IMG/VR virus record: IMGVR_UViG_3300021400_000136
Coordinates: 1-64,000 of that record
Source: a virus
Lineage: Duplodnaviria > Caudoviricetes
Length of the DNA: 64,000 bases
Reading direction: 5' to 3' (one strand)
The notes under the pieces were generated by a model. That model was not told where the DNA came from and searched no databases. It saw only the letters and a program-made list of their open reading frames with translations. The stretch's first letter is position 1; each line of letters opens with the position of its first letter. Positions 37,419 to 44,576 of this stretch are shown here, one piece after another. The translations under genes and the position numbers were made by a program.

Positions 37419-37723
37419 ATTTCTGCTCCTTTGTATGGTTCATCCCATTTGAGAACGGGTCCTTTTACAGCGTTTATAAAATAGTCTTTACTAAATATAA
37501 CGTCTCCGTCTGGCAAGAAACCAAACACTTCTTTGAACTTCTGAGCATTGGTGATAATAGGATGCTCTTTGTTCCACTGTTCGGTAACTCTTATTATTTC
37601 TTGTAGTCTCTCCTCAGTAGAATCAGGTATATTACATCCTGTATTTTCTAATGGGCAACCTATACAACCTGTGTGCGATTTACACATTCGCCTGTACTCT
37701 TTCAAAAATTCAATCGCTTCCAT
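37415..37723 (-). CDS. Hypothetical Cys-containing protein
   Basis: MEAIEFLKEYRRMC..CIGCPL..EQWNKEHP motif; GGAGG RBS. Confidence 0.65.
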   Translation of the reverse strand: MEAIEFLKEYRRMCKSHTGCIGCPLENTGCNIPDSTEERLQEIIRVTEQWNKEHPIITNAQKFKEVFGFLPDGDVIFSKDYFINAVKGPVLKWDEPYKGAEI

Positions 37724-37949
37724 GCTCGTCCTCCTTTTCTTTGTAATGAGAGCAGTATTTGGGTGTGATATAAAACCACTTCCAAAGCTCTCTGCATCTA
37801 CGTTTACCTTTCCAATCTTTAAAGGACATATATTTGCATTTATCGCACATGGAGTCACCTTTTATTAATTTGGGAATGACGCATAAAACGTATGCAAGCA
37901 AAGCACTAAAAAGCCCTACGGCTATGCCGATGTAGTATTCAATTGGCAT
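37710..37949 (-). CDS. Hypothetical membrane-anchored protein
   Basis: N-terminal TM helix, then CxxC and CxxY; GGAGG RBS. Confidence 0.5.
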   Translation of the reverse strand: MPIEYYIGIAVGLFSALLAYVLCVIPKLIKGDSMCDKCKYMSFKDWKGKRRCRELWKWFYITPKYCSHYKEKEDEHGSD

Positions 37950-38298
37950 TTTCTTTTACCTCCTTTTTCAGCCATTTAAGACAGCAATCAAGGCATGTAG
38001 TAGTCTGGCAGTTATCGTCGCACCAAGCAGGCCAGTATCTTTGATGAATAAGAAGAACCATCAGTTCCTCATCACTCATCTGTCGTATTTTTTCTCCGTT
38101 AGTCATGCGCTTATTATCTGTTTTTTCTCCTAACTTTCTTCCACACATTGGGCAATAATTAATTTTGCACTCACGATGTTCTTTGCCGAATCTTAGTATC
38201 AGTGCGTCCGGATAATGATAATATGCGTGTGCATTCTTATCCAACGGGCTAATATATCCGTCTCTGTCTTCGTGACAGTATTCGCAACTCATGCTCAT
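37939..38298 (-). CDS. Hypothetical zinc-ribbon protein
   Basis: CEYC..INYCPMCGRKL and MTNGEKIRQMSDEEL modules. Confidence 0.65.
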   Translation of the reverse strand: MSMSCEYCHEDRDGYISPLDKNAHAYYHYPDALILRFGKEHRECKINYCPMCGRKLGEKTDNKRMTNGEKIRQMSDEELMVLLIHQRYWPAWCDDNCQTTTCLDCCLKWLKKEVKENAN

Positions 38299-38591
38299 TC
38301 CTCCGCTTCGATGATGGTTGGTGCGCTATCAATATCATCCAAGCAAACCACTTTTCTTACATCATCTTGTTGTAATGCAGCGGAAGCATAGTACCAATTA
38401 TCTGCTAAAGCATCCGCATCAATCAATCTGCCGTGCGGTGTAGGAATATTACTGATAGGGCAATCTGGATGTCTACTTGTAGCATAGTCATCGAATCCAA
38501 TGTACAGCTCACATCCAATCTGTTTGCAGAATCCTACATGGCAAGCACCACAATACTGCGGTACTTCCACATTCTTTATTATGACACTCAT
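38295..38591 (-). CDS. Hypothetical RLIDAD-family protein
   Basis: PHGRLIDADAL..APTIIEAEE C-terminus. Confidence 0.65.
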   Translation of the reverse strand: MSVIIKNVEVPQYCGACHVGFCKQIGCELYIGFDDYATSRHPDCPISNIPTPHGRLIDADALADNWYYASAALQQDDVRKVVCLDDIDSAPTIIEAEE

Positions 38592-38593
38592 CT

Positions 38594-38794
38594 TTAGCCC
38601 TCCTGGTATATGATGTTGAGCATAAAGTGTTTTAGTTTTTCTATCATCTCATTCACTATTATGGCTTTTGGCGGAGCAAGCCTATCTACTACGACACTGT
38701 AATCTGTGCGAACCGGATCTTCGATCTTATGTGCTTCTCCATTCTCATCGATGTATTCATGGACGAGAGTAAGTCTGTATCTCTCAAAAGTCAT
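38594..38794 (-). CDS. Hypothetical protein
   Basis: GGAGG RBS; operon packing. Confidence 0.55.
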   Translation of the reverse strand: MTFERYRLTLVHEYIDENGEAHKIEDPVRTDYSVVVDRLAPPKAIIVNEMIEKLKHFMLNIIYQEG

Positions 38795-39024
38795 GTTTCC
38801 TCCTCTGCCTTGTGCAAACGCTGATTCAACTCCATAACAAGTGCTGGAACTTCAATCGCCATCATGCGTTCGCCGCCAACGGCGAATGCGATGTCTGCAC
38901 AGTTGCCAACGATGCACTTTACAAAGTCTTCCCATTCCTCGTCCCGCCAGTGAACGGCAGTGTAATAGATTGCCGCAAGCTGTTTGGCAATTTCGGCTTG
39001 CTTCTTTCTGGTGATTATTATCAT
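38791..39024 (-). CDS. Hypothetical protein
   Basis: GGAGG RBS; operon packing. Confidence 0.55.
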   Translation of the reverse strand: MIIITRKKQAEIAKQLAAIYYTAVHWRDEEWEDFVKCIVGNCADIAFAVGGERMMAIEVPALVMELNQRLHKAEEET

Positions 39025-39323
39025 GTCTCGCCCTCCTCCGCTTCGATGATTGTTGGTGCATTATCTATTGCTTCCTCTATTTCATCCAAAGAATAGCCGT
39101 ACTGCCCTCCAATAAAAGCATTTCTTATCTCAGTATCCGCATCGATCAATCTGCCGTGCTGCGGGACTTCAATGAGAGGACACCAATCTGGCCTTCGCTC
39201 TTCACAATCGTTCTCTAATTGCTTGTAAAGATGCGCTGCTTTGCAAAGATAAAACCCATCATTGGTAAAGTCACAATCGTAACAGCTTTCCGGCATCTCC
39301 ATGCCCTTAATGTAAACGCCCAT
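39021..39323 (-). CDS. Hypothetical RLIDAD-family protein
   Basis: IKGMEMPESCYDC..RPDWCPL..HGRLIDAD..APTIIEAEE. Confidence 0.65.
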   Translation of the reverse strand: MGVYIKGMEMPESCYDCDFTNDGFYLCKAAHLYKQLENDCEERRPDWCPLIEVPQHGRLIDADTEIRNAFIGGQYGYSLDEIEEAIDNAPTIIEAEEGET

Positions 39324-39532
39324 CACTCGTTCCTCGCAATCGAAGCGTTCGCCCACATCACGGCCTCTTCAAGTCTGGTAAATGCGAGGGACTTTTCCCG
39401 GCTATCCGGACAATATTCATTGATATAGGCGGCAAGCATCTTCGCCTTATAGCGGATGCGCTCATACCTCTCAGGCTGTCCCTCTTTTGGTGCATGGTAG
39501 GTGTAGTTATTTTCGATCTCGCTGTTTTTCAT
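39323..39532 (-). CDS. Acb2/Tad1-family nucleotide-signal sponge (anti-CBASS/anti-Thoeris-like)
   Basis: About 69 aa; FxYHAP..Y..IR..A..LA..I...CP.SREKSLAFTRLEEAVMWANASIARN matches the Acb2/Tad1 hairpin signature. GGAGG RBS. Confidence 0.75.
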   Translation of the reverse strand: MKNSEIENNYTYHAPKEGQPERYERIRYKAKMLAAYINEYCPDSREKSLAFTRLEEAVMWANASIARNE

Positions 39533-39534
39533 GC

Positions 39535-39873
39535 TCATTCCTCCTTCGGTGGTTCTGGGAGCGGCATCCAAAACTTCACAAGCCAACTGTATATTTGCTG
39601 GCCTTTTTCATCATACCAATTATTCCCATTTCGGAATGAAACAGGAGCCGCCATCCCATACCTAAGCATTCTTATGGGGTTGTATGACGAGTCGGTATAT
39701 ACTATGTAGAATCCTGGTTCATCCGGCAACCGCTCTGTTACGGGAATCCATTTCGGCTTGCTCAGTTTTTCAATGGCATCAGCGGCTTCATCCATGATGC
39801 AGTTTTCCATCTGGTTGATTTGCTTGAACAGACGCGCTCTCATTCTCAGCCGCTTTACCAGTTCGTCATACAT
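39535..39873 (-). CDS. DUF551-like protein
   Basis: EAADAIEKL..WIPVTERLP..W..V..WMPLPEPP. Confidence 0.7.
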   Translation of the reverse strand: MYDELVKRLRMRARLFKQINQMENCIMDEAADAIEKLSKPKWIPVTERLPDEPGFYIVYTDSSYNPIRMLRYGMAAPVSFRNGNNWYDEKGQQIYSWLVKFWMPLPEPPKEE

Positions 39874-40520
39874 CAGCTTTCCTCCTTTTCATTCAGCCAA
39901 TCACAGTATTTCTTACATTCCTCTTCGTTTAAAAACACTGCTCTGTAGCAATTAATTGATTCTAAGTTCTCCGGTAGTTCTTGATAGAAATCAGCTTGTG
40001 TTGACCAGATATCCCCATAACTGCCTTCATCAGCAAGTTCGAAGTTATAACTGTCGATCGTATTATCAATGGAAAATCTTAAGCATTTCACCTCTTTTGG
40101 TGAATAACGGATTTTTTTCTTAGCACACTCGCACTCTTCTGTCATTTGCCTGCCCATTGGGGAAACATAATGAATACGCCTGTTTGCATCACACTTATCG
40201 CACTTTGGCAATTCTTCGTAGGTAATATGTGGTCTATATCCTTTTCCTGCGATGCTTTTCAGAATATCTGCCGCTCTCTGTCTCTTGGCTTCTCTCTCTG
40301 CGTTTTCAGTTTTATAGCGCAATTCACGCATAGCACTGTCATGTTCTTTCTTGATTTGGCTCCAGTTCTTTTTGACTTCTTGAAGCTCCGCATTTTCCTC
40401 TTCCAATTTTCGAATGTGGTCTTTAATCTCTTGGCGTGTATTGTCGATAATCGTTTGCTTGAATTCAGACATCATTACGTCAAATTCTGATGGTTCATAG
40501 TAATTATCCCAGTAATCCAT
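39873..40520 (-). CDS. Hypothetical protein (coiled coil + Cys motif)
   Basis: GGAGG RBS; 215 aa; CDKC..CEC. Confidence 0.7.
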   Translation of the reverse strand: MDYWDNYYEPSEFDVMMSEFKQTIIDNTRQEIKDHIRKLEEENAELQEVKKNWSQIKKEHDSAMRELRYKTENAEREAKRQRAADILKSIAGKGYRPHITYEELPKCDKCDANRRIHYVSPMGRQMTEECECAKKKIRYSPKEVKCLRFSIDNTIDSYNFELADEGSYGDIWSTQADFYQELPENLESINCYRAVFLNEEECKKYCDWLNEKEES

Positions 40521-40814
40521 TCATGTTTCCTCCTTCAGCGGTTTATAAGGCTTTGGTTTCGGCATCCATGCCACTATGCCGTCCATATCTCCGTTATCTT
40601 CAAAATAGCAACCGTATTCTGGATCGTAATTAAAAGTATCAATTCTAACGTTCCCATATCTGTTGCAAGTCAGTACCTCTTCGCCATCATCTGGCATCTG
40701 CGATGTGAAGATTATTGCGTCTTCGTCTTCAATGTCATATCCGATTTTTGCTGACCACTCTGCGCGTTCTTCTTCATCCATTGGTCTTGATTTAATAGGA
40801 ATCCACTCGCTCAT
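40521..40814 (-). CDS. DUF551-like protein
   Basis: WIP..PDDGEEVL..IVAWMPKPKPY. Confidence 0.65.
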   Translation of the reverse strand: MSEWIPIKSRPMDEEERAEWSAKIGYDIEDEDAIIFTSQMPDDGEEVLTCNRYGNVRIDTFNYDPEYGCYFEDNGDMDGIVAWMPKPKPYKPLKEET

Positions 40815-41101
40815 GTTTCACCTCTCATGTCAGCACCGCAGTTGGGGCAGAAATCGTACTTTGTCGTGATACCGATGTAGTGGAAATCGCCATCACATAC
40901 GGAACAATGGAAACAATACGGTTTCCCATTCGGCTCATATTCCAACACCCACTTCCCCCGCACCACAGGCCGCACATCAGCGGCTGGTTGTCTGTTAATT
41001 AAAGCATACACACCCCAGTTGTCCCAACCATCTCCTGTCATTGGGCCAGATATTCTTTTCGCCTCGGCAAGCAAAGCATCTCGATCAATGTACTCAGCCA
41101 T
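40811..41101 (-). CDS. Hypothetical zinc-ribbon protein
   Basis: MAEYIDRDALL..PAADVRPVVRGKW..CSVC..CPNCGADM. Confidence 0.7.
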   Translation of the reverse strand: MAEYIDRDALLAEAKRISGPMTGDGWDNWGVYALINRQPAADVRPVVRGKWVLEYEPNGKPYCFHCSVCDGDFHYIGITTKYDFCPNCGADMRGET

Positions 41102-41402
41102 TTTCTTTCTCCCATCGTGAGCAAAAATCATTCCACATAATACAGCCAATATTTAAAAATGAGCATGGCGCACAGCCCTGGACATTATGTACTCCTTCAT
41201 AGTATTTGCATGTATTGCACGATCTCCGCTCGACAAGATTCCCTGTTTCATAAGCGTCCATGACAAGTGCCGCTTTCTGAAGAGCATATATCTCTCCTGT
41301 ATCGAAAGGCTTTTCGATGCAGTTCTCTTCCAACTTAATTCGTTTCAGAATCAGTTCTTTGGCATGTGAGATAGATTGTTTTGATGGGATATACTTATCC
41401 AT
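41094..41402 (-). CDS. Hypothetical protein
   Basis: Operon packing; C-terminal Cys cluster. Confidence 0.55.
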   Translation of the reverse strand: MDKYIPSKQSISHAKELILKRIKLEENCIEKPFDTGEIYALQKAALVMDAYETGNLVERRSCNTCKYYEGVHNVQGCAPCSFLNIGCIMWNDFCSRWEKENG

Positions 41403-41925
41403 CTTCCTCTACCTTCCTACTCTTCCAGTACTGGCCACCTGTGCAGAGTACTACACTGTTGCACATCCAGTCCTTTTCCTTACCATCCCATGCCGCATAC
41501 CGACAGGCCCAGCACTCTCCGTATCCTTCAGGCTTTGGCTTCTCCGGTTTTGGCTCTTCTTTCTTCTCAGGAAGCCACCACATCTTGCGGTCTGGCTTGA
41601 TCAGCTTCGAACCGCACTTCGGACAGAAATTATCATAGAATACAGACTCATGACATCTAGCGCATTCGCCGATCCAGTAATATTCTTCTTCCTCACAACC
41701 CGTCGGAATCCAATCAGCTTTGACTTGATTGGGTTTAGCATACTCCACGCCGTCCTGGTAGCCCTTCATGTACTGGTTACGATCATACTGAAGAGCTTTC
41801 ATTAGTTCCTCTTTGTCAACGATGACATCCACTTTAGCGAGAACCTCTGTCATGATTGCATCATCGTATCTCTGTACAGTCATCGGAGTAAATGAATTCA
41901 CTAACTCTATCGGGCTTTTATACAT
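41395..41925 (-). CDS. Hypothetical protein with zinc ribbon
   Basis: MYKSPIE..VDKEELMKALQYDRNQYxKGY; CARC..CPKCG. Confidence 0.65.
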   Translation of the reverse strand: MYKSPIELVNSFTPMTVQRYDDAIMTEVLAKVDVIVDKEELMKALQYDRNQYMKGYQDGVEYAKPNQVKADWIPTGCEEEEYYWIGECARCHESVFYDNFCPKCGSKLIKPDRKMWWLPEKKEEPKPEKPKPEGYGECWACRYAAWDGKEKDWMCNSVVLCTGGQYWKSRKVEEDG

Positions 41926-42324
41926 TTACGCAACATCCTCCACAAGTTCAAAGGTATATCCCTTCACCATTCGATTCGTTCCATCCTTACGCTTATGGTA
42001 CACAGCGGTGCAGATAGAGTTGGCATAGCAGCTGGGAAGGCCAAGTCCTTCGCAAGTCTCTCTATAGCTGTAGTATATCTCGTCCGTTTCAATAACCCGG
42101 ATCTTGGTTCGACCACGCGTCTCACTCGGATAGCCTTCGAAAGCTTTAAGGTACAAGCCATATACGCTCTTATCGACACGCGTGTCTCTACTGCCGGAGT
42201 ACAGAACCACAGTTCCTTTTCCACTTGTCTTCAATATTCTTCCGGTCTCATTGTTCCGAATTCTCAAGCCGTTACTAACAGAGTACTTCGGATACTCTTT
42301 TATTATGCGCCATTCTTCTTGCAT
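41926..42324 (-). CDS. NUMOD4-domain protein, probably a degenerate homing endonuclease
   Basis: EEWRIIKEYPKYSVSN.LRIRN (NUMOD4). The expected VHRLVA/HNH residues are replaced (VYGLYLKAF). C-terminal NUMOD1-like helix. Confidence 0.6.
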   Translation of the reverse strand: MQEEWRIIKEYPKYSVSNGLRIRNNETGRILKTSGKGTVVLYSGSRDTRVDKSVYGLYLKAFEGYPSETRGRTKIRVIETDEIYYSYRETCEGLGLPSCYANSICTAVYHKRKDGTNRMVKGYTFELVEDVA

Positions 42325-42358
42325 AGCATTAGCTCCTCATTCATTTGTTTCGAATTGA

Positions 42359-42387
42359 ATCATATCATAAGACTCAGAACGAGTCAA
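42359..42387 (-). promoter_or_regulatory. Strong leftward promoter TTGACT-N17-TATGAT (extended TG) overlapped by operator GACTC-N5-GAGTC (42371-42385)
   Basis: Consensus boxes in a short intergenic gap; same palindrome as at 61821-61835. Confidence 0.75.
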
Positions 42388-42404
42388 TAAGAAAAATAAA
42401 AAAA

Positions 42405-42650
42405 CTACTCCTCGTCCTCGTCGTCACATCGCTCGTAGAAGTTCATCTCGAAATCATCTATTGGCATGAACACAACATCGTTTCTATTTGCCTGATTTGA
42501 ATACGCTGCCCAGATGTAATTAATAATCCAGAGCTCCTCTTCCTGACTTACCATCACTACATAGTTCTCGTCGATCAATGCCTTTACAATTGGCCAGACA
42601 TTCTCCTCGTGATGTAAAGCTATCTCCTGTTTCGGTATACGATCAGCCAT
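42405..42650 (-). CDS. Hypothetical protein
   Basis: RBS; operon packing. Confidence 0.6.
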   Translation of the reverse strand: MADRIPKQEIALHHEENVWPIVKALIDENYVVMVSQEEELWIINYIWAAYSNQANRNDVVFMPIDDFEMNFYERCDDEDEE

Positions 42651-42900
42651 TCTTTTTACCTCTCTTTACTACCGGTTTCGCCTGTTCTTCCGTCGATTTT
42701 TTAGGGATGAATTCGTCGAAAAGCTCGTGAAAGAAATCTCCAATTGTTTCTTTTGAAGGAAATTCCTTATCAATCCAGGCTCTGTTTTTGCTTATCGACC
42801 CGTCGTTTGATTCAATTTTCGCAGTGGCATATGCTCCCGGAAGCCCTTCTACGTTTGAATAAACTTGCATGGAAAGTGTATACTTCTTATCCGATTCCAT
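42643..42900 (-). CDS. Hypothetical protein
   Basis: AAGGA RBS. Confidence 0.55.
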   Translation of the reverse strand: MESDKKYTLSMQVYSNVEGLPGAYATAKIESNDGSISKNRAWIDKEFPSKETIGDFFHELFDEFIPKKSTEEQAKPVVKRGKKNG

Positions 42901-42970
42901 TAGAATATTTCCTTTCTTCGAATATAAATACCGCGAGTAAAATTGAAATCAATCCTCGGCTATGCCCGCC

Positions 42971-42999
42971 TTGACAATAATTAAAAATTGTGTTAAACT
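42971..42999 (+). promoter_or_regulatory. Rightward promoter TTGACA-N17-TAAACT (extended TG) pointing into attP
   Basis: -35 at 42971-42976, -10 at 42994-42999. Confidence 0.7.
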
Positions 43000-43089
43000 T
43001 TTATTGTGGTATTTGTGTGGTAATTACAAATTGTTACAGGCCCAAACCACCAGTGATTACTGGGCAGTTGGAGGTTTAGGACAGTATTC

Positions 43090-43133
43090 CTCTGACTCCG
43101 TATGTGAGGGTTCGAATCCTTCTCCCGCTGCCA
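43090..43133 (+). other. attP core = 3' half of a tRNA-Gln(CUG) gene (anticodon loop to CCA)
   Basis: CT-CTG-AC loop, TCCGT, T-arm GAGGG-TTCGAAT-CCTTC, TCCCGCT-G-CCA. Upstream bases do not form the D arm or 5' strands. Confidence 0.8.
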
Positions 43134-43137
43134 CTTC

Positions 43138-43186
43138 AAAAAGTTCTCAGATTTGAGTAAATCGCTTGAATCTGGGAACTTTTTTT
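43138..43186. terminator. Bidirectional terminator after the tRNA 3' end / integrase
   Basis: 20-bp stem AAAAAGTTCTCAGATTTGAG / CTTGAATCTGGGAACTTTTT, with G.U pairs on +. Confidence 0.75.
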
Positions 43187-43370
43187 ATTACTTTGATTTC
43201 ACATTTGTTGCAAACATGAGTAAAAGTAATAAACAAATGTTGCGAATGTGTAGCAACTGTTGTTGTTTTTACGTGGTACTTACGGGGTACAAAGTCAAAG
43301 TCCGCATTTGTGTGGTGGTTATGTGGTAGTACTACCACATGAGTACCACATTTATGTGGTACAATTTTTA

Positions 43371-44474
43371 TTAGCCTAAAGCCAATCGGAGACTATCAGA
43401 ATTAATTTTTTCTGCGGTTTTAGGCAATTCCTGTTCAGCCATATATTCTGCATAAATAGCCATCGTGATATCCGGTGAAGAATGCCCCATCAGATACTGC
43501 GCTTCTTTAGGCTGCATCCCGCTGGCGATCCATCTCGTGCAGCAGGTGTGCCGCAGAACGTGTGGCGTAACGTGAAAGTCCAGCGTCGGCTTTAGATGAT
43601 ATCCAGTGCTCGGTCCGCCCACTGTCCGGTTCGTTACGAAACTCCACATGCTGCGGATGGATTCTGCTGTCATGAAGCTTCCAGACTTACAGGGGAACAC
43701 GTACAGGGATTTGCTTCCAGACTTCAGTGGCTTCAGAACCTGGTAGATCTCCGGTGCCATCGGGATCTTCCTGTGGGCCGCATCGGATTTCATCATGGTG
43801 TTGATCTCGCCCTGCCGATTTGACTTCGGCCACACGATAGATCTTTCCACACTGATCATCCGGTTCTCAAAATCCAGATCCTTCCACATCAAACCAGCAG
43901 CCTCGCCTTTACGCAGACCGCTGAATAGACAGGTGACGATGAACGGGTACACCCTGGTCCCTTTGGTAGCTTTCAGTAAAGCCTCGCACTGTGCATCCGT
44001 CAGCGGCCTTACCTTCTCTGGTTTATCAGCCGTAGCTTTTTTATTGAAGGCAGGGGAGCGAGGGATGATATCATTCTCTACAGCTTTGTTGAAGATCTTG
44101 TTCGTGTACGTCAGCACCTTTTCCTGTGTGCTCTTCGACAGGTGGGAGATGTTCAGCAGCATACGATCTATGTTCGCTGGCTTAATGTCCTTAACCCTTC
44201 TGTTACCGAGCTCTGGGAGAATGTACCGCTTGACAATATCTTCTGTTGATTCCTTTGTCCGTACATGGAGTTTGCGCTGGGCCTTATACTCTTCGAGCCA
44301 GAGCTCGGCAAGTTCGCCAAACGTCGTGCTGTTACCGACGTCATATCCCATAAGAAGTTTGCGCTTCGCTTCTTCTCTTTTCTGCTCAGCCTCCTTCTTT
44401 GTCTTGCCGTAAAAGTACTTCCTGCTCTTGTCCGGGAGCTGAAGAGATACTTTAACTAATTTTTTATTGGCCAT
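43371..44474 (-). CDS. int: Tyrosine integrase
   Basis: N-terminal arm-binding domain (RKYFYGKTKKEA); SGLRKGE (R), HVLRHT (HxxR), LMGHSS..ITMAIY (H/W, Y). Confidence 0.95.
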   Translation of the reverse strand: MANKKLVKVSLQLPDKSRKYFYGKTKKEAEQKREEAKRKLLMGYDVGNSTTFGELAELWLEEYKAQRKLHVRTKESTEDIVKRYILPELGNRRVKDIKPANIDRMLLNISHLSKSTQEKVLTYTNKIFNKAVENDIIPRSPAFNKKATADKPEKVRPLTDAQCEALLKATKGTRVYPFIVTCLFSGLRKGEAAGLMWKDLDFENRMISVERSIVWPKSNRQGEINTMMKSDAAHRKIPMAPEIYQVLKPLKSGSKSLYVFPCKSGSFMTAESIRSMWSFVTNRTVGGPSTGYHLKPTLDFHVTPHVLRHTCCTRWIASGMQPKEAQYLMGHSSPDITMAIYAEYMAEQELPKTAEKINSDSLRLALG

Positions 44475-44576
44475 TTGTTTTTCCTCCTGTTAGCTTGCAG
44501 GCTTAGTGGAGGATTGATTTCCTCCACATTGTAACCTACACATACGGACAAAGTCAACCAACTTTTGGTTGAAAAT

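Larger units (their letters stand above)
43005..43361. mobile_element. attP region: integrase arm-type repeats (TGTGGTA consensus) flanking a tRNA-derived core
   Basis: TGTGGTA or variants at 43005, 43016, 43272, 43283, 43311, 43322, 43355 and inverted at 43333, 43344; adjacent to the integrase 3' end. Confidence 0.8.

Noticed and set aside
43060-43133. Complete phage tRNA-Gln gene
   Set aside because: The 5' half does not pair with the acceptor or anticodon stems, so it is treated as the attP core.
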